NCBI GenBank assembly: GCA_964494805.1
Contig: CAZBST010000007.1
Location: 44,493-108,492 of the forward strand
DNA: 64,000 bases
Direction of reading: 5' to 3'
From: an uncultured Pirellulales bacterium
Lineage (GTDB): Bacteria > Planctomycetota > Phycisphaerae > Sedimentisphaerales > Anaerobacaceae
Below are positions 21,656-29,098 of the stretch, piece by piece; the first letter of the stretch is position 1, and the number at the start of each line of letters is the position of its first letter. The position numbers were made by a program, and so were the translations under genes. The notes under the pieces are model-generated. The model was not told the DNA's origin and ran no database searches. It saw nothing but the letters and a program-made list of their open reading frames with translations.

Positions 21656-22561
21656 TTATCTTTCCCACGCCGGCTTTTCCGGCAAGCTCGCCCCGAATTC
21701 CATTACCAGCTTCTGCTCGTATCCGCCTGCGTATTGACCCTTGATAAACCTGTCGAACGCCTCCACGTAAAATCGCTTCCACGACTCCGTCTCTTTGCCC
21801 GGAACCACCGGAAAGAATAATGCGTTATTTGCCCTCGCCGCCTTCATATCGCCCGGTGCGTCGCCAATCATCAAAACGCACTCTTTCTCATATTTACCCT
21901 TAGTTGCATACTCAAGATGCTGCGCCTTTGTTCCCATTTCCTGTCCCGCTATTACATCGGTATACTTGGCGATGTCGTGTTCCTCCCACTCCCGCAAAAG
22001 AGCCTCACCGGGCGTAGCTGAAACAACAACTACATCAGCTAAAGGCCTGATTTTCTCCAGGCTCTCCCGCACGAACGGAAATGGCGGCACGCCCTTTACG
22101 ATGTCCGTAACTGCCTGGTTGACCTTTTTGCTCCAGTCCAGCACCTGCTCTAATTCTTTTTTCACCTGCAGGTCTTCCGTCTCCGCTATCGCCCTTTTAA
22201 GTCCATCATTGCTCAAAACGCTTTTCGGGTCGTCCACCCACGCGAAATAATATGGCAGTTGCGGCACCTCAAAACCTCTTTGCTTGACCATCGGATGGCA
22301 AGGCAGCAACTTTTCTAATATGAGTTTAAGTGTTTTATGCCGGTTGGCTCCTCGCGTCTTTGAAAAAAGGTCGGCAAAGTCCTTACACTCTCTCGCCGCC
22401 TGCGCGACCGGCTGCAGGCCGAAGCATCCTATCATCCACGGGCAGAAACATTCCCGATGCTTAATCCCCATCGTATCAAACGCGCACCCGTCCGAATCAA
22501 TCCCGACAAAGAATTTATTCCTCGGCTTAAATTCCTTCAATGCTTTCGCCGCATCTGTCAT
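21656..22561 (-). CDS. HAD-superfamily hydrolase
   Basis: 301 aa. FVGIDSDGCAFD is the DxDx(T/C) nucleophile motif; MIGDAPGDMKAA is HAD motif IV. Confidence 0.7.
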   Translation of the reverse strand: MTDAAKALKEFKPRNKFFVGIDSDGCAFDTMGIKHRECFCPWMIGCFGLQPVAQAARECKDFADLFSKTRGANRHKTLKLILEKLLPCHPMVKQRGFEVPQLPYYFAWVDDPKSVLSNDGLKRAIAETEDLQVKKELEQVLDWSKKVNQAVTDIVKGVPPFPFVRESLEKIRPLADVVVVSATPGEALLREWEEHDIAKYTDVIAGQEMGTKAQHLEYATKGKYEKECVLMIGDAPGDMKAARANNALFFPVVPGKETESWKRFYVEAFDRFIKGQYAGGYEQKLVMEFGASLPEKPAWER

Positions 22562-22566
22562 TTTCT

Positions 22567-22591
22567 GTCATTCCCGCGCAAGCGAGAATCC
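22567..22591 (+). repeat. R2 hairpin repeat (variant)
   Basis: gtcattcccgcgcaagcgagaatcc. On the minus strand it ends 5-6 nt before the HAD start codon. Confidence 0.8.
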
Positions 22592-22718
22592 AGTTGTTTT
22601 TTACCGCAGAAACCGCAAAATACGCAGAGATTGCTTTATATTTTTTCTCTGCGGTCTCAGCGTCCTCAGCGGTAAGACACCTTACAATTTTCCCCCGCTT
22701 TTATCAAGTCTTTTCGGG

Positions 22719-22801
22719 TTAGCCCCGGCACCTGTGCCGGGGGTCATTGCGAGCGCAGCGCGGCAATCTCAAAATGTTTAGCCCCGCAATTTATTGCGCG
22801 G
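22719..22801 (+). repeat. GC-hairpin module, copy B
   Basis: ttagccccggcacctgtgccggggg tcattgcgagcgcagcgcggcaatctcaaaatgtt tagccccgcaatttattgcgcgg. Same order as 14061-14201, directly preceding R1. Confidence 0.75.
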
Positions 22802-22903
22802 TTGCCGTTGTGTCCTCCAGTTCGGCTCTCTTTTTCATTTACTCCGTCCTGCGGACTGCGTAATACTAATGTTCCTCATTGCGGCTTCCGGAAACAACAG
22901 CAA
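22802..22903 (+). repeat. R1 102-nt TIR element, copy B
   Basis: About ten mismatches against copy A by eye. Left flank of the Panacea-HD cassette. Confidence 0.9.
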
Positions 22904-22972
22904 CTAGGGAGCTTTTATCTGCTCCAAAATACCTAAATTAATGAAGATTTTAAAAATAATAATATAAAAAGT

Positions 22973-23001
22973 ATTGATTGGTCGATAGAGCATGTATATC
23001 A
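22973..23001 (+). promoter_or_regulatory. Putative sigma70-type promoter of the cassette (TTGATT-17-TATCAT)
   Basis: ttgatt ggtcgatagagcatgta tatcat, about 50 nt upstream of ATG 23054 (GGAGAG RBS). Confidence 0.4.
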
Positions 23002-23053
23002 TATTAGAGTTAGTGGGTGAATTTTATCTTGGCGTCTAACCGGAGAGTGTGTC

Positions 23054-23548
23054 ATGGATAGGCAACAAATAAGCGTAAAGCTTACCATCGATGGTTTGAA
23101 GCTGCCATTCAAAATAGATAGCTTTGAAGACCGTCTGATATTGCAAAAAGCTGTTTATCTAGCACAAACAGCAGGAATAAATTTAGGCTACTACTATCAG
23201 TGGTATCTTTATGGCCCGTATTCTCCGTCCCTCACCCAAGACGAATATGCTATCGATATGGACATTTCAACAGGGCTGGATGAATCCAGAAAGTGGAAAC
23301 TGGACGACGCCTCGCGTAGACGATTAGGAGAAATACAAGCAATCTTTACGGAGCCCCAGAGAAACAAGCTCAGGAGGAAGCTGGAGTTGTTGGCATCAGT
23401 CCACTTCTTGATTGACCGCAAGCAAGTCCCCGGAGCAAATACTAAGCAGATCACTGAAACTTTGAAACGGTTCAACAAAGATTTCAGCGAGGAGGAAGTC
23501 AACGGGGCGTTGGGGGGGCTGAAAACTTATGGTCTCCTCCAAAGGTGA
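23054..23548 (+). CDS. Panacea/DUF4065 (SocA-like antitoxin domain)-like protein
   Basis: 164 aa. RLILQKAVYLAQTAGINLGYYYQWYLYGPYSPSLTQDEY fits the DUF4065 pattern as I recall it (KLQKLLY.aq ... W..GPv.p..Y). It overlaps the downstream gene by 20 nt. Confidence 0.5.
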   Translation: MDRQQISVKLTIDGLKLPFKIDSFEDRLILQKAVYLAQTAGINLGYYYQWYLYGPYSPSLTQDEYAIDMDISTGLDESRKWKLDDASRRRLGEIQAIFTEPQRNKLRRKLELLASVHFLIDRKQVPGANTKQITETLKRFNKDFSEEEVNGALGGLKTYGLLQR

Positions 23549-24935
23549 TGGCTTAGGAAAATCCATCGCTGATCCAATTCATGGCAATATACTGCTAAAA
23601 AAACGTGAAGTAAAAGTCATAGATACACCATCTTTTCAACGCCTGCGTCAACTTAAACAACTTGCAATGGCGCAATTGGTGTATCCATCTGCAACACTCA
23701 CTAGGTTTACTCACAGCATCGGTGCTTTGGGAACAATGATACGGATCATTCATGCTGCTAGGGATAATGGTATCGAATTTAAAGATGAAGACGAAGATAA
23801 TCTCCGACTTGCGGCACTTCTACACGGTATCGGACACTATCCATATTCCCACTTGATGGAAAGCGTAGACAGAGTCAACCTAATTGAGGAACAGGTTGAT
23901 GGAGCAACAATACCCACCAAAAAGGCACCGTATCCCGACCATGTAGAGGTCGGAACAATAATTGCTGCTGGTCAGGGCGACTTGATTAATGCTATTGGCG
24001 GAGAAAACAGGGCCAAAGCGGTGGCAGCTATTTTTGCACGAACAGAAGCAGCAGACCTACAATTGAGCAAACTTATTCATAGCAGCTTCGACATAGATAG
24101 ACTGGATTATTTACTACGAGACTCCTATGCTACCGGAGTCCCTTATGGACAAATAGATATTAATTACCTGCTAAATAATTTAAAAGTAAGTCCGCAACGG
24201 GTAGTCGGTTTTAAAGAAAAGGCATTAGCTGCGGTGGAACATTTTCTTTTGGCTCGATTTTTTATGTACCGCGTAGTCTATTACCACAAAACAATTTACG
24301 GAATGGAGGAGGTGTGTCGCCAATTACTAAGGCGTCTTAGGGATCGTGATGGAGAGAAATATGGCTTGCCCGCTGACGGAGAGGAAATCAAGAATTTGGT
24401 TAAATCACCAAAACTAACCACGTTCACCGATGCTTTTGTAGATAATATTATCCAAAAAGCTGTTAACGATGAAGAACCAATTGTCCGAACTCTAGCGAGA
24501 GCAATACAGAGCCGAAATCCTCCTAAGTTACTGAAGGAAGTTCCGGTGTGCGAAGAAGCAGCTAAAAGGTCCCACACTGGTAAAACTTTCATCCAAAATT
24601 GTAAGGAAAAATTGAAAGATTTAGCTAAGTCCTCTAAAATACCCCTTAAGCAATTTTTACTTTGCGAAATTATACTGCCTATAATCAAACAACCAAAAAA
24701 ATTCACTGCAACCGAAGTAGCTAAGCTTGGGCTGCAAGAAATCTATGAGATGGCATACGAAGAAGAAGGAGAAGATATCAAGATTTTTACTGCTGATAAG
24801 AAAGAACCAACATCGCTGATGAAAACAGAACACAGTTTGGTAGTTAAATATTGCAAGTTATTCACTTCAAATCTTTCGTCTTTATGTAGTTTACGAAAGC
24901 GAGGACAGGGAAGGCATTGTTGCGAAATTGCGTAA
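23529..24935 (+). CDS. SAMHD1/dNTP-triphosphohydrolase-like HD-domain protein with a degenerate HD dyad (HG)
   Basis: 468 aa with IADPIHGNI..., FQRLRQLKQL, YPSATLTRFTHSIGA, LAALLHGIGHYPYSH (canonical LLHDIGHGPFSH) and FDIDRLDYLLRDSYATGV. The C-terminal roughly 200 aa have no motif I recognise. Confidence 0.7.
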   Translation: MVSSKGDGLGKSIADPIHGNILLKKREVKVIDTPSFQRLRQLKQLAMAQLVYPSATLTRFTHSIGALGTMIRIIHAARDNGIEFKDEDEDNLRLAALLHGIGHYPYSHLMESVDRVNLIEEQVDGATIPTKKAPYPDHVEVGTIIAAGQGDLINAIGGENRAKAVAAIFARTEAADLQLSKLIHSSFDIDRLDYLLRDSYATGVPYGQIDINYLLNNLKVSPQRVVGFKEKALAAVEHFLLARFFMYRVVYYHKTIYGMEEVCRQLLRRLRDRDGEKYGLPADGEEIKNLVKSPKLTTFTDAFVDNIIQKAVNDEEPIVRTLARAIQSRNPPKLLKEVPVCEEAAKRSHTGKTFIQNCKEKLKDLAKSSKIPLKQFLLCEIILPIIKQPKKFTATEVAKLGLQEIYEMAYEEEGEDIKIFTADKKEPTSLMKTEHSLVVKYCKLFTSNLSSLCSLRKRGQGRHCCEIA

Positions 24936-24974
24936 AAAGGTTAAAGACTGGGATAAAGCTTAATCTTTCTCGAT

Positions 24975-25076
24975 TTGCTGTTGTGTCCTACAGTTCGGCC
25001 ATCTTTTTTATTTACTTCGCCCTGCGGACTGCGTAATACTAACGTTCCTCATTGCGGCCTCTGGAAACAACAGCAA
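24975..25076 (+). repeat. R1 102-nt TIR element, copy C
   Basis: Same orientation as copy B. Starts 12 nt after the end of an alternative-frame tail of the HD gene. Confidence 0.9.
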
Positions 25077-25085
25077 AATAAAATT

Positions 25086-25110
25086 GTCATTCCTATGAAA
25101 GCAGGAATCC
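25086..25110 (+). repeat. R2 hairpin repeat (variant)
   Basis: gtcattcctatgaaagcaggaatcc, 9 nt after R1 copy C. The spacing matches locus A. Confidence 0.8.
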
Positions 25111-25145
25111 AGTTTGAAAAGCCCCCGCGGCAATTGAGCGGGGTA

Positions 25146-25296
25146 AAATCAATCATTTGCGCAGGGGGTTAAACCCCCTAAAATCCATTTTTTCGAAAAT
25201 TTTTTATCCCTTTATCTATAACGACTTAGCCAAAATCGCACCTCTGAAAATTCCAGAATTTTCGACAAATTCGCGCAAGTCCGTCAAATTATAGAA
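25146..25296 (+). repeat. R5 module (~150 nt)
   Basis: aaaatcaatca...aaaatccattttttcgaaaattttttatccctttatctataacgacttagccaaaatcgcacctctgaaaa...ttttcgacaaattcgcgcaagtccgtcaaatt aligns with the reverse complement of 51645-51795. Confidence 0.8.
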
Positions 25297-25482
25297 GGGA
25301 CGAATTCTGTCCCAAATCGCCCAGCAGGGCGATGGTCTTGGGGCCGGCAGGCCCGGGTCAGAAACGACTTAGCTGTTTTTAATCTTGTAGTGGAGTTTAG
25401 CCGTTTGTAAGACCAACGGAAACCCCATCGGAGACTCTCTATCAACAATGAACTGTAAAAGAGTTAAAACGGTTAACCGTTC

Positions 25483-25600
25483 AAAACAAACCCAATTTTA
25501 GAAAAACCAAAAATGCTTATAAGTGTATTAATTACAATGACTAATAACAAAAATGAACGTTCAACCAACTTTGAAAAACGAACCCAAACAAAGCCAATTT
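25483..25600 (+). repeat. R4 module
   Basis: aaaacaaacccaattttagaaaaaccaaaaatgcttataagtgtattaattacaatgactaataac...aaaaacgaacccaaac. Confidence 0.8.
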
Positions 25601-25623
25601 ATGGTGAGCCTGTCGAATCCATT

Positions 25624-27426
25624 TCAATCTTTGCTGGTTACATAGATTACCTGCTCAGCGAACAAATTCGGTGCGAATCGCACCGGACTCAACCTCGCCT
25701 TGCTCAAGGCAATCCTGTCTTCCACCTTTACGCCGAGCTTATCACAAAACCGGTCGAAATCCTTCAGCGACAAAAAATGTATGTTCGGCGAATTGTGCCA
25801 TTCGAACGGCAGCCGTTTGGTTACGGGCGCCTTGCCGGCAAGCATCATCTGCGCTCTGCACCGCCAATGCGCAAAGTTGGGGAAGCTGACAATCACCTTC
25901 TTACCGACCCGAAGCAGCTCTTTGAAAACCTTCTCCGGCTCCTTTACCGTCTGCAGCGTCTGCGACAGGATTATATAATCGAAACTCTTGTCGCCGTAAA
26001 ACCGCAGTCCCTCTTCGACATCCTGCTGAATAATCGGCAGATGCCGGCAGATACAGTCCAGCACAAGCTCCTGGTCAATTTCGATGCCGCTGCCCTTTGT
26101 GTTCTTGTCGCGCACGAGATTAACAAGCAGTTGGCCGTCGCCGCAGCCGACGTCAAGCACGGAACTATCCGGCTCAATGAGAGATTCTATCAGCTCATAA
26201 TCCACGCGTGCCCTGTGCGCCTGCTTAAACTCGTCGAGCTTTCGCATACTCCGCGCGTAACACGAACAAGTCTGCTGCTCGTCCCCCGGCCTGAAAGTGG
26301 CCTGCAAAAAGCAGCAAAGGAACCTCCCCAACACTTCCGGCTCCAGCAGGAACGCATCGTGGCCGTATGGCGAAGCAATATCACAGTAACTGACGTCCTT
26401 ATCCACGGCGGCGAGCGCGTCTACCATCACCTTCGATTGAGCCGGCGTAAAGAGCCAGTCGCTTGCGAAACTGATTATCAGGAACCGCGAATTCGTTTTT
26501 GCAAAGGCCTTTTCCAGCGAGCCGTATTTTCTCTGAAGGTCGAAATAATCCGCCGCCTTGGTTATATAAAGGTAGCTGTTGGCGTCGAACCTTTCCACGA
26601 AGCTCTGCCCCTGATAGTCCAGATATGTCTCGACCGCAAACTCACTATTGAAATCGTAACTGTATTTCTCGGCCCCGCGCAGCTGGCGCCCGAACTTCGC
26701 GCGCATACCCGGCTCCGACAGGTACGTTATATGACCAATCATTCTCGCAATGGCAAGACCTCTATCCGGCCCGACGCCGTCGTGATACTTCCCGCCGACA
26801 AAATTGGAATCCGCCAGTATCGCATTTCGGCCTACCGCATCGAATGCTATCGACTGCGCGCTCAGGTGCGTCGTCGTCGCAACCGCTATCGCCGATTTGA
26901 CAAAATCAGGATATGCAATCGCCCACTGCAGAACCTGCATCCCTCCAATCGAGCCGCCGATTACGCTCAACAGCTTTTTTATTCCGAGCTTGTCCAACAG
27001 CAGCTTTTGCACCTTCACCATATCCGCAATAGTTATAATCGGAAAATCCAGCCCATATGGCTTGCCCGTTTCCGGATTAATCGAGCCTGGCCCCGTCGTC
27101 CCGCTGCACCCGCCGAGAAAGTTCGAGCAAATAACAAAATACTTGTTCGTATCGATGCCCTTGCCGGGACCTACCATAACGTCCCACCAGCCGGGTTTTC
27201 TGTCCTCGGGACTGTTCAAGCCTGCAACGTGAGCGTTGCCGCTCAAAGCGTGGCAAATCAAAACAGCGTTATCCCCCGCCTCGTTGAGCCTGCCGTACGT
27301 CTCGTAGGCCACGTCAATCGGGCCTAATCGCTTGCCGCTCTCTAACTCGAGCGGCTTATCCCGCTCGACGACGCGCATTGTCTCCGTCTTGACAATACCG
27401 ACCGAATTTCCCCTTGTTTCTGCCAT
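25624..27426 (-). CDS. metX: Fused homoserine O-acetyltransferase MetX plus MetW domain
   Basis: The N-terminal roughly 380 aa are MetX-like (LESGKRL.PIDVAYETYGRLN...NAVLICHALSGNAHVAG, GGSIGGMQ). The C-terminal roughly 200 aa are MetW-like (VLDVGCGDGQLL...FDYIILSQTLQTVKEPEKV...SFPNFAHWRCR). Likely start is ATG 27426 (MAETRGN). Confidence 0.85.
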   Translation of the reverse strand: MAETRGNSVGIVKTETMRVVERDKPLELESGKRLGPIDVAYETYGRLNEAGDNAVLICHALSGNAHVAGLNSPEDRKPGWWDVMVGPGKGIDTNKYFVICSNFLGGCSGTTGPGSINPETGKPYGLDFPIITIADMVKVQKLLLDKLGIKKLLSVIGGSIGGMQVLQWAIAYPDFVKSAIAVATTTHLSAQSIAFDAVGRNAILADSNFVGGKYHDGVGPDRGLAIARMIGHITYLSEPGMRAKFGRQLRGAEKYSYDFNSEFAVETYLDYQGQSFVERFDANSYLYITKAADYFDLQRKYGSLEKAFAKTNSRFLIISFASDWLFTPAQSKVMVDALAAVDKDVSYCDIASPYGHDAFLLEPEVLGRFLCCFLQATFRPGDEQQTCSCYARSMRKLDEFKQAHRARVDYELIESLIEPDSSVLDVGCGDGQLLVNLVRDKNTKGSGIEIDQELVLDCICRHLPIIQQDVEEGLRFYGDKSFDYIILSQTLQTVKEPEKVFKELLRVGKKVIVSFPNFAHWRCRAQMMLAGKAPVTKRLPFEWHNSPNIHFLSLKDFDRFCDKLGVKVEDRIALSKARLSPVRFAPNLFAEQVIYVTSKD

Positions 27427-27523
27427 AGCACGTTTAAGTATATACGAAAACTTCCCGCTGTAAAGCACAACAGCAACCCGGCAGGAGTGATGATATTTTC
27501 TGCATCGAAATCGCTAAAAACAC

Positions 27524-27552
27524 TTGACACCGCCGATTAGCGAACGTAAATT
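27524..27552 (+). promoter_or_regulatory. Putative promoter TTGACA-17-TAAATT
   Basis: ttgaca ccgccgattagcgaacg taaatt, about 75 nt upstream of ATG 27627. Confidence 0.45.
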
Positions 27553-27626
27553 GTATTTTAGTTTGTTATAGATACCAAACAGTGGGGCATACCCAAATAA
27601 ATACATTTAGCGAAAGGAAATGCAAA

Positions 27627-27839
27627 ATGGCAAAGAAAAGAAAAGCCGTAAAAAGAAAAAAAGCCCCAAAGCAGTGGTCAACCCGTGACGTCAATCTGTT
27701 AAAGAGGCTTTTCCCGACCAATCCGACCTCTAAGATAGCTAAAAAGCTCAGACGCAAAACCGACGCAGTGAAGAAAAAAGCATCGAGAATGGGGCTTAAA
27801 AAATCAAAGAAGTATCTGAAGTCTCTCGGCAAGGCCTAA
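27627..27839 (+). CDS. Small lysine-rich protein with a SANT/Myb-like helix motif
   Basis: 70 aa counted from MAKKRKAVKRKKAPKQ. The core WSTRDVNLLKRLFPTNPTSKIAKKLRRKTDAVKKKASRMGL is flanked by basic tails. Confidence 0.5.
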   Translation: MAKKRKAVKRKKAPKQWSTRDVNLLKRLFPTNPTSKIAKKLRRKTDAVKKKASRMGLKKSKKYLKSLGKA

Positions 27840-28044
27840 ATAAAGTTCGTCTCTTTGCATCTCACAAAGCCGCAACCGCAAGGTAGTGGTCAATGCCGGA
27901 GTTTTTCGCTGCCGGTTGTCGTTTACCATTTCGCAGCGCAACGAAGATACCCTATTGCTGTCTTCTAAACTTACTGCTAATCAACTAATCCCAACGTCGA
28001 GCCGCCTGCTTATCTTAACATCCTCATTTTGACTCGCAAAAACA

Positions 28045-28073
28045 TTGACATCTGAGCGGTTTTTACTTAGAAT
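28045..28073 (+). promoter_or_regulatory. Putative promoter TTGACA-17-TAGAAT upstream of trpS
   Basis: ttgaca tctgagcggtttttact tagaat. Confidence 0.45.
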
Positions 28074-28120
28074 CTTCGAGGTATTCTGCGTTTCCGCCAC
28101 AGGCGGACAAGTTTTAATAA

Positions 28121-29098
28121 ATGGAGTTTGAATTGAGAGTACTATCAGGGATACAGCCGAGCGGAAGGTTGCATATAGGCAACTTCTTCGGCGCAATGCG
28201 TCAGCACCTTAATCTCCAGGCGGAGCACGACTGCTTTTATTTCATCGCTGACTACCACGCCTTAACCAGCAATCCGAAGCCAGCGGACGTCTCCCAGCAT
28301 AGCCTTGACGTTACAATGGATTATCTCGCTCTGGGTCTTGATACCAAGAAAACCGTCTTCTGGCGGCAGTCGGACGTGCCGGAGGTGCTGGAACTTGCGT
28401 GGCTGTTATCGTGCGTAACGCCGATGGGGCTTCTGCAGCGATGCACAAGCTTCAAGGACAAGGTCGCTCAGGGCATAAGTGCGAATCACGGCCTGTTCGC
28501 ATACCCGGTCCTGCAGGCGGCGGACATCCTGATTTACAAATCCGATTTAGTGCCGGTAGGGGCAGACCAGAAACAGCACATAGAGGTTACCCGCGACATT
28601 GCAATCCGTTTCAATAACGCTTATGGCGAAATTTTCACCGTGCCGAAAGAATATATCCTCGAATCGGTAGCCGTTGTGCCGGGCACCGACGGCAGAAAAA
28701 TGAGCAAAAGCTATGGGAACACCATCGAAATATTCGAGCCGGAGAAGAGCACGCGGAAAAAGATTATGAGCATCGTTACGGATTCGACGCCGGTCGAGGA
28801 CCCGAAAGACCCCGACAAGTGCAATGTCTTTGCTCTTTTGAAGTTAGTGGCCTCGGCGGAAGAATTGGCGGAGTGGGGAAAAAGGTATCGCAGCGGTGGG
28901 ATGGGATACAGTGAAGCCAAGAAGCGTTTGGCTGAACTGATAACAGAATATTTTGCACCGTTCAGGCAAAAAAGAACTGAACTCGAAAACAACATCAGCT
29001 ATGTTAAAGAAGTCCTTGCCGACGGGGCCAAGCGGGCAAAGGCCGTAGCTGCCAAAACTCTTGAACAGGCACGACAGGTTGTCGGATTAGAAAGGTGA
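28121..29098 (+). CDS. trpS: Tryptophan--tRNA ligase
   Basis: 325 aa with GIQPSGRLHIGNFFG (HIGH-type) and KMSKS. Confidence 0.93.
   Translation: MEFELRVLSGIQPSGRLHIGNFFGAMRQHLNLQAEHDCFYFIADYHALTSNPKPADVSQHSLDVTMDYLALGLDTKKTVFWRQSDVPEVLELAWLLSCVTPMGLLQRCTSFKDKVAQGISANHGLFAYPVLQAADILIYKSDLVPVGADQKQHIEVTRDIAIRFNNAYGEIFTVPKEYILESVAVVPGTDGRKMSKSYGNTIEIFEPEKSTRKKIMSIVTDSTPVEDPKDPDKCNVFALLKLVASAEELAEWGKRYRSGGMGYSEAKKRLAELITEYFAPFRQKRTELENNISYVKEVLADGAKRAKAVAAKTLEQARQVVGLER

Noticed and set aside
22802-25076. Idea that R1 elements are integron attC sites and the cassettes are integron gene cassettes
   Set aside because: There is no intI integrase or attI/Pc in the window. The R1 ends (TTGCTGTTG/CAACAGCAA) do not fit the RYYYAAC/GTTRRRY cores. 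The Panacea-HD cassette also carries its own promoter, unlike typical promoterless cassettes. I kept only the weaker statement that cargo lies between repeats.
25513-27327. 604-aa plus-strand ORF, the second-longest unexplained ORF in the track
   Set aside because: It lies fully antisense to the MetX-MetW gene, whose translation has unmistakable family motifs. The plus-strand product is Arg/Leu/Pro/Gln-rich with no motif, and its 5' end starts inside repeat R4. This is a shadow ORF typical of GC-rich codon usage.
27427-27523. Possible SAM riboswitch in the leader of metX-metW
   Set aside because: I could not find SAM-I, SAM-II or other recognisable conserved cores or a convincing pseudoknot or helix set by eye. 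An Infernal/Rfam scan would settle it.
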